From the NCBI GenBank assembly GCA_963777505.1, contig CAVZQN010000008.1:128001-192000 (forward strand): a stretch of DNA of 64,000 nt, written 5' to 3'. The notes beneath the pieces are model-generated. The model was not told the origin of the DNA. It did no database searches and saw only the letters and a list, made by a program, of their open reading frames with translations. Shown here piece after piece: positions 32,373-42,949 of the stretch. The position numbers and the translations under genes were made by a program. The DNA is from an uncultured bacterium. GTDB taxonomy: Bacteria > Acidobacteriota > HRBIN11 > JAKEFK01. Within the stretch, counting starts at the first letter, position 1. Every line of letters starts with the position of its first letter.

Positions 32373-33677
32373 CTAATCGACGTAACCCTGTCGATATCTG
32401 ATTTTCGTGTCGCCTTTTTTCACTTCGACTTTAATGCGATGATATTCACCCTTCTTAGGATGTTCGGGTGCGTTAAAGCAGGCTACATAGTAGTGGTTCA
32501 AATCGTCCAAAATGTTATTGAACCCTAATTTAAAGTTTCTTGAATTTTGAAATGAAGTGCCGCCTGTTTCCTTGGCAATTTCGATCAGCGAATCCTGGTA
32601 GTCTTGCAAAACAGAAAAGTCTTCCCGGCTGAGAACACTATTCATAGATGAAGTATTAGCCGCGCCAGGATTGACTGTCCCTCTTGTATTCATTGCGTAT
32701 AGCGTAATGTTGTTACGGTTCAATTTGCCGATGCTATCTCGAATTTCTTTTCGAATATCGAAATTAAATTTTCTTTGACTGTCCGGAAATCGGAAATTCA
32801 ATTCCATCGGATTGCTCGCTGCACCAGCCCACTCAACGAAACGAGTAATCAAATCAAAATATTGTCTTCCTGGATCTGCGGTGAATCCTCCGGAAACCAA
32901 TAGAAGCACTGAGTGATCGTCACCTTTTCTTTTTCCAAGCTCATTTCCAAAAGTCTCCAATGCAGAGAGCGAGTATTTTGCAACATCTCGTTCCTCCCGT
33001 GCATAAGCTTGAGCGGTGTTATATGCACTACGAACGAGAGTATCAAACGACCGATCATCAACCTGATTTGCACCCCTTAATGTTTGTTCAAGCATATTTG
33101 TAATTTCTAACTTTGCCGATGTTATCCGTTGGTCTCGCAGTGGATTGGCCGGTGCTTTTTCAAGCGAGCGGCTGATTGCATCAATATCACGCGTAAAGGG
33201 CGCAACAATTCCCATCTTCCCTTTGGGTGTCAACGTTGCAATCATGACTTCCCAATTCCGTTCTTTAATTTGAGTTAAGAATTCTTGAATTTGAGGACGA
33301 ATATCGTTGTATTCAATGGGCGATGTGTTGAAGAGATCGAGAAAAAGAACGAGCTTCCGTGATATTACGGCAGGAACGCTTCCTCGATCGGCAGTAGATT
33401 CGGGTTCTTCAGGAATGGATGCTTCAACTCCACCTCTAATTTCTTCAAAGCAGGTGATATCCATTGAATGATCATCCTCGCGAATAACAAAATCTGCTTT
33501 CGTAAGTCCTTCGACGGGTTTTCCTGAATCATCAACAACCTTTATCCAAACATTAATCGTGGTTACGGATACTTCGTACTGCTGACTTCCTAGAAATGAC
33601 GAATTTTGCAATAAAAGAAAAAGAGTTAAAAAGATTGAAAGTTTGCGAGTTAAGCATGTTTTTTTTCTAATCCACAT
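32373..33677 (-). CDS. VWFA-related (Acidobacterial-type) domain protein
   Basis: GKPVEGLTKADF, VLFLD, IAKETGG, YHRIKVEV..RYRQGY. Confidence 0.85.
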   Translation of the reverse strand: MWIRKKTCLTRKLSIFLTLFLLLQNSSFLGSQQYEVSVTTINVWIKVVDDSGKPVEGLTKADFVIREDDHSMDITCFEEIRGGVEASIPEEPESTADRGSVPAVISRKLVLFLDLFNTSPIEYNDIRPQIQEFLTQIKERNWEVMIATLTPKGKMGIVAPFTRDIDAISRSLEKAPANPLRDQRITSAKLEITNMLEQTLRGANQVDDRSFDTLVRSAYNTAQAYAREERDVAKYSLSALETFGNELGKRKGDDHSVLLLVSGGFTADPGRQYFDLITRFVEWAGAASNPMELNFRFPDSQRKFNFDIRKEIRDSIGKLNRNNITLYAMNTRGTVNPGAANTSSMNSVLSREDFSVLQDYQDSLIEIAKETGGTSFQNSRNFKLGFNNILDDLNHYYVACFNAPEHPKKGEYHRIKVEVKKGDTKIRYRQGYVD

Positions 33678-35027
33678 ATCCTAATCGATGCCTTAGATTT
33701 ACATCCGCTCTTTTGCTGACAACCTTGATGGAATGATACTCGCCATCCTTCTTATGTACCGGCGGCTGATAACACAAAAGATATTGATGACTTAAGTCGT
33801 CTAAAATATTATCAAAACCAACTTTAAAATTCTGAGAATTCTGAAACGATAAGCCTCCAGTTTCTTGTGCAATTTGTGAGAGAGAATCCTGATAATCGCG
33901 CGCCTGATTTACATCAAATGCCGCGTACGAAGATTGCATCTGCGTCACATCGGGACCGGAACCAGCCAGCCCACGTGTATTAATTGCATAAAGCGTAAGA
34001 TTATACCGATTTAATTTTCCAACGCTATGCTGAATTTGTTTTTCGAGGTCAAAGTTTATTTCTTTTGTACTTTCAGTATAAGTAAATTGCGGATTCCGAA
34101 GGGTTCACATTTCCAGCTTGATTCCCGACAAAATTATTTACCAGATCGTAATAGCGGCGCCCTGGATCGGAACTTACGCCACCGCTAAGAAATAATATGA
34201 TGGTGTGCTCACCCTCTGATAACCTTTTGCCATAATAGTCGCCGAAACTTTCGAGTGCTCCAAAAGAATGTTCGCCAGCATTTCGTTCTTGCCGGGCAAA
34301 ATATTGGGCCTGTCGATAGGCGTTGCTCACGGCGAGATTAAAAAAATGCTTATCAACTCCTAAAGCTGCCGCGGCTTGGCCTGCCCCTTCAGAAGTGCCT
34401 CGTTGATCACCCACAGTCTCAGGGTTAGGGACATCAGGAGCATCTTTTGTTATTTTTAAGACAGAAAGGATTTCAGTAATTTCACTTTCATTCCTTGCGA
34501 TCCTCTGATCTCGTTGTGCATTTCCTTTGGCTTGATCCAGCAATGCCCGGATCCGACCGAAATCCCGAGTAAAGGGGCTGACAACACCCAGTTTTCCTGA
34601 TGCAAGATAGGCGACTAACATCACCTCCCAGCTCGCCTTTTGAGAGTTGATCCAGGAATTCAACCATTTTGGGACGAAGACGTTCAAATTCGATTTGTGT
34701 TGAATTATGCAAATCCAAAAATAAAACAAATCTCTTCGGAAGAAGCTTCGTCGCAGGGGCAGCGCTATTTGTAACGACTGTAGTCGCCTCTGCCGGTGAA
34801 AAAGCAAATTTCACTTCTTCAAAACATTCGGACGAAACTCTTTTTCCGTCTTCAAAAATTTCAAAATCCTCTTTTTTCATGTTTGAGACAGGGTTTCCAG
34901 AGCGATCGCTCACCTTAACCCAAACGTTCACATTTGTGATGGAAACTTCATAATCCTGTCCGTCTGAAATCGGGCAGAAAACCAGGAAAAGCGCCAGCAA
35001 AGGCAGAATTCGCCTGAAATATGGCAA
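33667..35027 (-). CDS. VWFA-related domain protein paralog, frameshifted near 34635 and 34079
   Basis: Three ORFs reassemble into a full paralog of 32373..33677 (IAQETGG, YHSIKVV..RHRLGYVD). Confidence 0.8.
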
Positions 35028-35097
35028 AGGATTACCCTCCTAATTAGAAGGTGAGTTAGAACGCGCAAGTATTTCAGCGAAGGAATGGGGGTTCTGC

Positions 35098-36018
35098 TTA
35101 AAGTACGGAAAGAAGCGCACTAAATCCGTCTTTAAATGAAGGAAATACGGGACTCCAACCAAGGTTTTTTATTTTCTCAGTTTTGCAGCGGAAGGATGCT
35201 GTTAGAGTTTCAACAATGTCTGATCCGAGCGCAAATTTTGCGATCCGTTTGGGGATGCGGATCGGTTCGGTAGTCTTCAGCAGGTCACAAAGATGACGTA
35301 AAAAATCAACACATGTCACTGGATGGTCATCGCTGACAATGAATATTTCACGGTTACGAATGGATTCCTTCTCATTCAAAACTTTCCATACGGCTGCGGC
35401 GGCATCTTGAGCATGGATCATATTCCAGTAATAATTGCCGTCACCAATAATCGGAAACCTTCTCTGGCTTAATTCCTTCAGCATCGTTTGCGTGTGCCAG
35501 GCTTCCGGATGATAAAAAAGCGAAAAACGGAATGAAACTCCACTGATTCCATTTTGCGCTGTAAGAAACATTTCTTCCATTTTGTGTGATGACTGCGTAA
35601 ATTGTCCGGGAAAAACATTCGAATCTTCATCTACCCAGGCGCCTTGATGATCGCCGTAGAGAAAAACAACGCCTGCTTGACAGTAGAAGACTTCCCTTTC
35701 ACTCAATTGATTTAACACATTTGAAGTGCCTTCAATGCGGATCCGGTCGTTTAATTCCCAATCTCGATTCGATGGTTTTAGTTTGCGTGGGATGGCCGAT
35801 GCAAAATTCAGCACCACATCCTGACCTTGAATTGCTGCTTTTAGTGATTCGCTATCCAGAATATTTCCCTGCAGAGTTTCAACACCGTACATCTCAAGGG
35901 AAGTTCCTTTTTCAGGATTACGCACAAGCGCTGTAATTTTGGCGTGAGGGTTTTGACTGGCTAGCCTGCAAAAACTATTTCCGAGGACACCAGTGCCCCC
36001 AATAAGAAGGATTTTCAT
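35098..36018 (-). CDS. NAD(P)-dependent epimerase/dehydratase family protein
   Basis: ILLIGGTGVLG, RIRIEGT, IHAQDAA, LGWSP. Confidence 0.88.
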   Translation of the reverse strand: MKILLIGGTGVLGNSFCRLASQNPHAKITALVRNPEKGTSLEMYGVETLQGNILDSESLKAAIQGQDVVLNFASAIPRKLKPSNRDWELNDRIRIEGTSNVLNQLSEREVFYCQAGVVFLYGDHQGAWVDEDSNVFPGQFTQSSHKMEEMFLTAQNGISGVSFRFSLFYHPEAWHTQTMLKELSQRRFPIIGDGNYYWNMIHAQDAAAAVWKVLNEKESIRNREIFIVSDDHPVTCVDFLRHLCDLLKTTEPIRIPKRIAKFALGSDIVETLTASFRCKTEKIKNLGWSPVFPSFKDGFSALLSVL

Positions 36019-36049
36019 GAGCCATACAGCATAAACAAGATTCTATTAC

Positions 36050-36079
36050 TTGACAACCTTTTACCGATGCCGTTATTCT
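36050..36079 (+). promoter_or_regulatory. Sigma70 promoter of the trp/aro operon
   Basis: TTGACA-N18-TATTCT. Confidence 0.65.
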
Positions 36080-36102
36080 TCTCTTTCAGGTCAGAAATAA
36101 TT

Positions 36103-36153
36103 ATGATCTATTGCTCAACAATCAACCACTATTATTGGTGGTACCGCTACTAA
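36103..36153 (+). CDS. trpL: Leader peptide MIYCSTINHYYWWYRY
   Basis: 16-codon ORF with TAT TAT TGG TGG TAC CGC TAC, directly before the attenuator. Confidence 0.9.
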   Translation: MIYCSTINHYYWWYRY

Positions 36154-36236
36154 GCGGGTTGTTGGGCTCTTACTGACTGCACAACTTTAGAAAACAACAA
36201 CCCACTAATCCAAAAAGGGATTGGTGGGTTTTTTTA
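36113..36236 (+). terminator. Transcription attenuator (protector / antiterminator / terminator)
   Basis: 36113-36123 pairs with 36157-36167; GGGTTGTTG (36156-64) pairs with CAACAACCC (36195-203); terminator CCCACTAATCC..GGATTGGTGGG plus T run. Confidence 0.88.
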
Positions 36237-36243
36237 TTTTGTG

Positions 36244-36316
36244 GTAGGGGCGGATCTAAGACCCGTCCGAGTGAAAGCGTCATGATTCACGCGGGCGGTT
36301 CTAGACCTGCCCCTAC
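36244..36316. repeat. GTAG-type REP doublet (family A)
   Basis: GTAGGGGCGGATCTAAGACCCGTCC...GGGCGGTTCTAGACCTGCCCCTAC. Confidence 0.8.
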
Positions 36317-36321
36317 AAAAA

Positions 36322-37668
36322 ATGAATACAAATCATCAGTTCGCAGCGGATCTTGAAACACCGGTATCTGCATTTTTGAAGTTGGACCCGTTACACCCAA
36401 TCTTTCTATTGGAAAGTGTAGAACGAAACGAGACCGTAGGCAGGTTTTCCTTTATCGGAATACTTCCCAAGAAATACATTCTCTGGTCTCATACAGAAAC
36501 TGCTGAGGAATTCTTCGGGAACTTATCACAAAGTCTTTCGGAATTGCCGATCTGTAATGATTTGCCGCTTGAATCAGGCTTGATTGGATTTATTTCATAT
36601 CATGCAGCATCACGTCTACATCCAAAACTGCCTTTGAAAAATACACGTTATCCGCTCGCAGGGTTTGTTGTACCTTCCGCGATTTTAACTTTTGATCATG
36701 TGAAACGGAAAATCGTGCTCACTTCAACTCTTAATCCTGATGAAGAGACATCATTAGCTCGTGAAATCAAGACCTGTTTGCAATCTTCTGTAAAACTGCC
36801 GCGACACGGCAAATCAACGCTTCCAGTTTCCATGACATCACAGAATGAATTTTGCGATCAAGTCTCGCGTGTTCTTCAATACATTAAAGCTGGTGACATA
36901 TTTCAAGCAGTGCTGTCGATGCAGTTTGAAGGCAAATCAGATGCTGATCCATTTCAAATGTATCGCGCGTTACGGATGATTAATCCATCACCCTACATGT
37001 TTTATCTGAACTTTCAGGACAGGTTTCAGTTCTTTGGATCAAGTCCAGAAACAATGGTACGGACAGAAAAACGCCCGGATGGGCGAACGCGCATTGTTGT
37101 TCGACCGATCGCGGGAACGCGTCCGCGCGGCATCAACGATATTGAAGATCAAGCATTTCGATCTGATTTGCTTGCAGATTCAAAAGAACGAGCTGAACAT
37201 CTCATGCTGCTTGATCTTGCTAGAAACGATGTTGGAAGAATCGCAGAGAGTGGAACCGTTTGTGTTTCTGAATTTATGAAAGTCGAAAACTATTCGCATG
37301 TGATGCATCTGGTTTCCACGGTGGAAGGACTCAATGAAAACAATCTTTCAATAAAAGATTTATTTAAGGCAGTGTTTCCTGCAGGAACTGTTTCCGGCGC
37401 ACCCAAAATTAGAGCAATGCAAATCATCGATGAATTGGAACCGCATGAACGTGGACTCTATGCCGGTTCGCTCGGCTACTTTTCAAGCTCAGGACAGATT
37501 GATCATTGTCTCTCAATCCGCTGTTTGTTGCGCGAACAAGATCGATACGTTTATACAGCCGGAGCAGGAATCGTCGCCGATTCTAATCCTGAAAAAGAAC
37601 ATGACGAAATCCAGAATAAAGCTCTTGCACTTAAAACAATGTTGAAAATGTCGGAAGAAAATTTATGA
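36322..37668 (+). CDS. trpE: Anthranilate synthase component I
   Basis: FLLESVE, NPSPYMF, PIAGTRPRG, ERAEHLML, PAGTVSGAPK. Confidence 0.95.
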   Translation: MNTNHQFAADLETPVSAFLKLDPLHPIFLLESVERNETVGRFSFIGILPKKYILWSHTETAEEFFGNLSQSLSELPICNDLPLESGLIGFISYHAASRLHPKLPLKNTRYPLAGFVVPSAILTFDHVKRKIVLTSTLNPDEETSLAREIKTCLQSSVKLPRHGKSTLPVSMTSQNEFCDQVSRVLQYIKAGDIFQAVLSMQFEGKSDADPFQMYRALRMINPSPYMFYLNFQDRFQFFGSSPETMVRTEKRPDGRTRIVVRPIAGTRPRGINDIEDQAFRSDLLADSKERAEHLMLLDLARNDVGRIAESGTVCVSEFMKVENYSHVMHLVSTVEGLNENNLSIKDLFKAVFPAGTVSGAPKIRAMQIIDELEPHERGLYAGSLGYFSSSGQIDHCLSIRCLLREQDRYVYTAGAGIVADSNPEKEHDEIQNKALALKTMLKMSEENL

Positions 37669-38234
37669 AACACATTCTTCTGATCGATAACTACGATTCA
37701 TTTACTTACAATTTGTTTCAAGCGTTTACACACCTGGGCGCTCGTGTGAGCGTTTATTACAACGATGCAATTACCTTGAATCAGGCCGAAGAGCTTTCCC
37801 CAACACACCTTGTGATTTCGCCGGGTCCAGGAACACCTGAAGATGCAGGAATTTCGAATGAAATGATTGTGAATTTTCACAAGAAAATTCCAGTACTGGG
37901 TGTTTGTCTGGGACATCAATGTCTTGCACATGCATTTGGAGGGAAAGTTTCAAATGCTCCGGTTTTAATGCATGGAAAGACTTCCATGATCCTGCATGAT
38001 GGATCAGGAGTATTCTCGGGAATTCCAAATCCATTTGAAGCGACACGTTATCATTCATTGATCGTAGAAGAAGAAGCACTTCCTTCCTGTTTTCATATCT
38101 CTGCACATACTGCTGCTGGTGAAATCATGGGGCTGCGGCTTAAAGGCACAAAAACAGAAGGAGTTCAATTTCATCCTGAATCTTACATGACAAAAGAAGG
38201 CATCCATCTGATGAAAAATTTTCTGGAACTGTAA
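37665..38234 (+). CDS. trpG: Anthranilate synthase component II
   Basis: IDNYDSFTYNL, SPGPG, GVCLGHQ, QFHPES. Confidence 0.95.
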   Translation: MKHILLIDNYDSFTYNLFQAFTHLGARVSVYYNDAITLNQAEELSPTHLVISPGPGTPEDAGISNEMIVNFHKKIPVLGVCLGHQCLAHAFGGKVSNAPVLMHGKTSMILHDGSGVFSGIPNPFEATRYHSLIVEEEALPSCFHISAHTAAGEIMGLRLKGTKTEGVQFHPESYMTKEGIHLMKNFLEL

Positions 38235-38238
38235 TGAA

Positions 38239-38263
38239 GTAGGGGCGGGTCTTAGACCCGCCC
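38239..38263 (+). repeat. GTAG-type REP (family A)
   Basis: GTAGGGGCGGGTCTTAGACCCGCCC. Confidence 0.82.
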
Positions 38264-38275
38264 GGAACAGAATAT

Positions 38276-39292
38276 ATGACTTTCAAAGAACTGTTCGAAA
38301 AAATTTACGATCGGCAAAACTTAACCATTGAAGAAAGCCGTACCGCTCTTCTTAGCATGTTGGAAGGAAGTTGTGAGCCGCCGCAGATTAGTGCTTTTCT
38401 AACAGTCTTACATATGAAAGGAGAAACTCCGGAGGAGCTTGCCGGTTTCGCGCTTGCAATGCGGCAGATGGCAGTTCCAGTTCCTCTTGACGGCTACAAA
38501 ACCATAGACACTTGCGGAACTGGTGGCGACCGAAAGGGGAGTTTTAATATTTCGACGGTGGCTGCGTTTGTTGTTGCGGGCACCGGAATTCCCGTTGCAA
38601 AACATGGCAATCGCGCAGCAAGTTCTTTATGTGGAAGCGCCGATTTGTTGGAAGCTCTGGGAATCCGCGCAAGATTAAAACCCGAAGAAGCAGCTGAAAC
38701 GTTAACCGAAACCGGATTTACATTTCTGTTTGCACCTGATTACCATCCCGCAACGCAATACGTTGGAAAAATTCGACGCCTCCTCGGAGTACCGACATTA
38801 TTCAATTACCTGGGACCCATCACAAATCCAGCGAAACCTGACGCACAGTTAATCGGTGTATTCGATCAAAGAGGAATGGAATTGATGGCGGCCGCATTTC
38901 AACTACTGGAACCTGCCAAAAAGATTCTACTTTTGCATTCACTCGAAGGTTGGGATGAAGCAACAACTTGCGGAGACTTCATTACTTTTACTCCAGGCCG
39001 AAAACCAACAACGATGAATGCAACCGAATTCGGCATGAAGCCATGCCTTGCTCAGGATCTGACAGGTAAAGATCCTGTAACCAACGCACAGATAGCTCTT
39101 TCCATATTGAAAGGCGAAACGGGCCCAAAAAGGGATGCAGTATTACTCAACGCAGCATTGGCAATTCAACTCTACAATCCGCATTTATCTGTCAGTGAAT
39201 CTCTAAAAGATGCGGCAAAATCAATTGACTCGGGCTACGCACTAAACGTCGTTCGACTGTTACAAGAAAAATTCCCACTGAATGCATCATGA
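38276..39292 (+). CDS. trpD: Anthranilate phosphoribosyltransferase
   Basis: DTCGTGGD, FNIST, KHGNR, GSADLLEALG. Confidence 0.96.
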   Translation: MTFKELFEKIYDRQNLTIEESRTALLSMLEGSCEPPQISAFLTVLHMKGETPEELAGFALAMRQMAVPVPLDGYKTIDTCGTGGDRKGSFNISTVAAFVVAGTGIPVAKHGNRAASSLCGSADLLEALGIRARLKPEEAAETLTETGFTFLFAPDYHPATQYVGKIRRLLGVPTLFNYLGPITNPAKPDAQLIGVFDQRGMELMAAAFQLLEPAKKILLLHSLEGWDEATTCGDFITFTPGRKPTTMNATEFGMKPCLAQDLTGKDPVTNAQIALSILKGETGPKRDAVLLNAALAIQLYNPHLSVSESLKDAAKSIDSGYALNVVRLLQEKFPLNAS

Positions 39293-40614
39293 CTCAAATT
39301 GACAAGCTTCTTCAGCTCAAACAACTACAAATTGAAAAGCTTAAAAGCTCAGAATTTCACATTTCAATTCCAAATGACAATCGATTGGTGAATTGGGATC
39401 GGGATACATTTCGGATCATTGCTGAGTTGAAGCGTGCTTCGTTATCGGCTGGTTCAATTCGTCCCGGTCTAAATCCTGTAATCCTCGCACAGGCTTATGA
39501 ACGATCGGGGGCAGCAGCGCTCTCAATTCTCACAGAAGAAAATTACTTCCATGGTTCCTTAGAAGATTTAAGCACTGTACGCGACGTTGTTTCTTTACCA
39601 CTCCTCCAAAAAGACTTCATACTGGATGAAACTCAAATTGCACAAGCAAAACAAAAAGGCGCATCGTTTGTTCTTCTGATCGCTCGTTTTCTCAGTGCTT
39701 CAAAACTTAGAGAGCTTTCAAGATACGCTGAGCAAATTGAAATGAATGCGATCGTTGAAATTACAGATCTTAAGGATTTGGAAAAGGTCGACTTTCCGAT
39801 TCATTATCTCGGAGTAAATTCACGCGACCTTGACACACTTCAAGTGGATACAAACAAATTCAAGACACTCCGATCCTATTTACCAGATGTCTATCTGATT
39901 GCCGAAAGTGGAATCAATAATCTTGAAACACTTCAAAGCGTGATTGATCTAGGCTACAACGCTGCATTAATTGGTGAACATTTTCTTCGATGCACTGATC
40001 CAGCAGTGGAATTGAGCCGTTTTACAGCAGTTAGTAGGTTCGGGTCTAAGACTCGCCCGCCTAAAGTTAAGATTTGCGGAATTACATCCGAACGAGACGC
40101 TATGCTTGCAATTGATGCAGGTGCCGCCGCACTAGGATTTATTTTTGCAGAAAGCCCGCGAAAAGTCGCTCCGGAAGTACTCTCATCATTCCGTGATCGT
40201 ATTCCGGATTCAATTTTATGTGTCGGCGTTTTCAAAGGACAGACCGGCGATTCAATTCGTGAAGTCATGAAAGAGTTTAACCTTCATGTAGCTCAGATTT
40301 ACGATGAAGTCGATCCTGGCGTTCCTATATGGAAAGCACGCATTATTACTTCCGTTTTTGATTTTGAAGGCGCCTATCATGACAAGCAAACGCTTTGGGA
40401 TTTCAAAGCAGAAGAACCCGAATTAACTTACCTCTGGAACATTGCAAGAAAACGGAAAATATTTGCGCTTGCCGGCGGGTTGCGTCCAGGTAACGTTTCA
40501 AAAGCTGTAAGCATATGCAATCCGGAATGGGTTGATGTAGCACGCGGTGTAGAGCAAAGCCCGGGAATAAAAGATGAAACCCAACTCCGGGCATTTATGA
40601 AGGCAATCATATGA
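39289..40614 (+). CDS. trpCF: Fused indole-3-glycerol-phosphate synthase / phosphoribosylanthranilate isomerase
   Basis: [25 protein letters not shown], then [27 protein letters not shown]. Confidence 0.92.
   Translation: MTQIDKLLQLKQLQIEKLKSSEFHISIPNDNRLVNWDRDTFRIIAELKRASLSAGSIRPGLNPVILAQAYERSGAAALSILTEENYFHGSLEDLSTVRDVVSLPLLQKDFILDETQIAQAKQKGASFVLLIARFLSASKLRELSRYAEQIEMNAIVEITDLKDLEKVDFPIHYLGVNSRDLDTLQVDTNKFKTLRSYLPDVYLIAESGINNLETLQSVIDLGYNAALIGEHFLRCTDPAVELSRFTAVSRFGSKTRPPKVKICGITSERDAMLAIDAGAAALGFIFAESPRKVAPEVLSSFRDRIPDSILCVGVFKGQTGDSIREVMKEFNLHVAQIYDEVDPGVPIWKARIITSVFDFEGAYHDKQTLWDFKAEEPELTYLWNIARKRKIFALAGGLRPGNVSKAVSICNPEWVDVARGVEQSPGIKDETQLRAFMKAII
40034..40058 (+). repeat. REP family A copy inside the trpC-trpF linker
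   Basis: GTAGGTTCGGGTCTAAGACTCGCCC, 22/25 identical to the copy at 19512. Confidence 0.75.
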
Positions 40615-41777
40615 ACCCTGTTCCAGATTCAAAAGGATACTTCGGTAAATACGGAGGCAGGTTCGTTCCGGAAACTTTGATGGAAGCGTTACTGGAACTG
40701 GAACGTCAGTACGCGAAAGTTTGTGAAACTGATGCATTTCAGAATGAACTGGACCAGATGCTTCGCATTTTTGCCGGACGTCCAACACCACTGTATCCTG
40801 CACACCGGCTTTCCTCAGAGTTGAGAATCGGAAACATCTACTTAAAACGTGAAGACCTCTGTCATACAGGTGCTCACAAAATTAACAACTGTGTAGGTCA
40901 GGCACTTTTTGCAAAGCACTGCAATAAAAACAGGATCGTTGCTGAAACAGGCGCTGGCCAGCATGGCGTTGCAACCGCAGCTGTGTGCGCAAAACTCGGG
41001 TTGCAATGTGTTGTCTATATGGGCGCTCGCGATATGGAGCGTCAGAAGATGAATGTTCAGCGCATGCGATTTTTTGGCGCTGAAGTCCGGGCTGTGCATC
41101 AGGGTTCGCAAACCCTGAAGGACGCAATCAATGAAGCTCTTCGAGATTGGATTACAAACGTTGCGTCAACTCATTATTTGATCGGTTCAGTTGTTGGTCC
41201 TCATCCATATCCGATGATCGTGCGAAATTTTCAGAAAATAATCGGTGAAGAAGTGAAAGAACAACTCAAAGCATTGAAAGAACAGCCTTCCACATTCATT
41301 GCTTGTGTTGGCGGCGGTTCGAATGCCATTGGACTTTTTTACCCATTCCTTGAAACTTCTTCGCGTTTAATCGGGGTTGAAGCTGGCGGCGAAAATGAAT
41401 TTGAGGAAAAACACGCTGCAACTCTGAAACATGGATTTCCCGGAATTCTTCACGGATCTTATACATACGTTCTTCAACGCAAAGGTGGACAGATCAGTGA
41501 AACAGAATCAGTCGCACCCGGCCTTGATTATGCAGCAGTCGGACCTGAACACAGTTATTTAAAAGATATTGGCCGGGTGGAATACGTCACCGTAAGCGAT
41601 GCAGAAGCAATCGATGCTTTTTTGCTTTTGAATCAACAGGAAGGCATCCTACCAGCACTTGAATCTTGTCATGCAATCGCTTATTTGAAAAAACTTCCCA
41701 AGCATGATGGTGCAATTGTTGTAAGCCTCTCCGGTCGAGGCGACAAAGATCTCGGAATTTTGGACGGAAAGTTATGA
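40611..41777 (+). CDS. trpB: Tryptophan synthase beta chain
   Basis: [37 protein letters not shown]. Confidence 0.97.
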   Translation: MNPVPDSKGYFGKYGGRFVPETLMEALLELERQYAKVCETDAFQNELDQMLRIFAGRPTPLYPAHRLSSELRIGNIYLKREDLCHTGAHKINNCVGQALFAKHCNKNRIVAETGAGQHGVATAAVCAKLGLQCVVYMGARDMERQKMNVQRMRFFGAEVRAVHQGSQTLKDAINEALRDWITNVASTHYLIGSVVGPHPYPMIVRNFQKIIGEEVKEQLKALKEQPSTFIACVGGGSNAIGLFYPFLETSSRLIGVEAGGENEFEEKHAATLKHGFPGILHGSYTYVLQRKGGQISETESVAPGLDYAAVGPEHSYLKDIGRVEYVTVSDAEAIDAFLLLNQQEGILPALESCHAIAYLKKLPKHDGAIVVSLSGRGDKDLGILDGKL

Positions 41778-42499
41778 GACGAAAATTCTTTCCGTACCTT
41801 ATGCTTGACTTTCCAACACGTGATTTTTTTCAGGATTTATTGGATCTGGCACAAGAACATGCAGACTTCATCGAAATTGGAATTCCTTTCAGCGATCCTG
41901 TGGCGGATGGACCGGTAATTCAATCCGCTGCACATGATGTGCTTCAACGAAGATTTGATCCTGATCAAATCTTTAGCCTTTTACAAAAACGGAAGCGAAA
42001 AGTTCCTGTTGCTCTGATGACGTATGCAAATCCTGTCTGGAATTATGGATTGGATGCTTTTTGCAAAGCCTGCGCTGAGGCCGGCATTCAGGCTTTGATT
42101 GTGCCTGATGTGCCTTTTGAAGAATCAGCCCCATGGCAAGGGGCTGCATCGGCTTCGGGACTTTCGTGGATTTCCTTTGTTTCACTTTTTACAAAGGAAG
42201 AAAGATTGCAAAAAATCTGCAGCTCGGCGCAAGGTTTTCTCTATCTTGTTTCTGTTGCCGGCGTTACGGGAACAAAAATTGCGGAAACGGAATTAGTGCG
42301 ATCAAAAGCAAAACAAATAAAAGCTTATACCGACATCCCGATTGCTCTGGGTTTTGGGATTCGATCGATCCAGGACACAGCGCCTTATCAAGATGTGATT
42401 GATGCATTTATAGTGGGCACAAGAATTATCGAAGTCATTCGTGAAACAAATTCGATTCAGGCGGTAGAAAAATTATTCCGTGAATTCTCCGCCGATTAG
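41774..42499 (+). CDS. trpA: Tryptophan synthase alpha chain
   Basis: [30 protein letters not shown]. Confidence 0.95.
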   Translation: MRRKFFPYLMLDFPTRDFFQDLLDLAQEHADFIEIGIPFSDPVADGPVIQSAAHDVLQRRFDPDQIFSLLQKRKRKVPVALMTYANPVWNYGLDAFCKACAEAGIQALIVPDVPFEESAPWQGAASASGLSWISFVSLFTKEERLQKICSSAQGFLYLVSVAGVTGTKIAETELVRSKAKQIKAYTDIPIALGFGIRSIQDTAPYQDVIDAFIVGTRIIEVIRETNSIQAVEKLFREFSAD

Positions 42500-42548
42500 T
42501 AGGGGCGACCCTTGTGGTCGCCCGGGCCGCCACAAGGGCGGCCCCTAC
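42499..42548. repeat. GTAG-type REP doublet (family B)
   Basis: GTAGGGGCGACCCTTGTGGTCGCCCGGGCCGCCACAAGGGCGGCCCCTAC. Confidence 0.85.
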
Positions 42549-42571
42549 CAAGTTTTAGAAGGAGGAAATTC

Positions 42572-42949
42572 ATGTTAAGAGGAATTCGAGGCGCAATTCA
42601 GGTAGAAGCAAATGAACCTGAGGATATCCTGAATGCGGCTGCAATATTAATGAAACGCCTGATTGAAGCCAATGATATTCAAGCAGATAGTGTCGCTGCT
42701 GTATTTTTTACAGTGACATCCGATTTAAATGCAGCATTTCCAGCAGCTGTTCGCAAAGAACTTGGTTGGACTTCTGTGCCATTTCTATGTAGTCAGGAAA
42801 TTCCAGTTCCAAACGCTATGCGGCAAATTTTGCGTGTGTTGGTTTTGTGCGAAACGAAATTGAGCGCAGATGAAATCCGGCATCAATATGTTGGGACGGC
42901 TTCCAGTCTGCGTCCTGATCTAACGAGGGAAGGAGGTTTTCCAAAATGA
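42572..42949 (+). CDS. aroH: Chorismate mutase, AroH class
   Basis: [29 protein letters not shown]; AGGAGG SD. Confidence 0.92.
   Translation: MLRGIRGAIQVEANEPEDILNAAAILMKRLIEANDIQADSVAAVFFTVTSDLNAAFPAAVRKELGWTSVPFLCSQEIPVPNAMRQILRVLVLCETKLSADEIRHQYVGTASSLRPDLTREGGFPK

Noticed and set aside
42512-42571. N-terminal extensions in the ORF track (aroH; also 54827, 48832, 48811, 14465, 1378)
   Set aside because: They translate REP/IR elements or overlaps; better starts with SD, signal peptide or domain boundary lie downstream.
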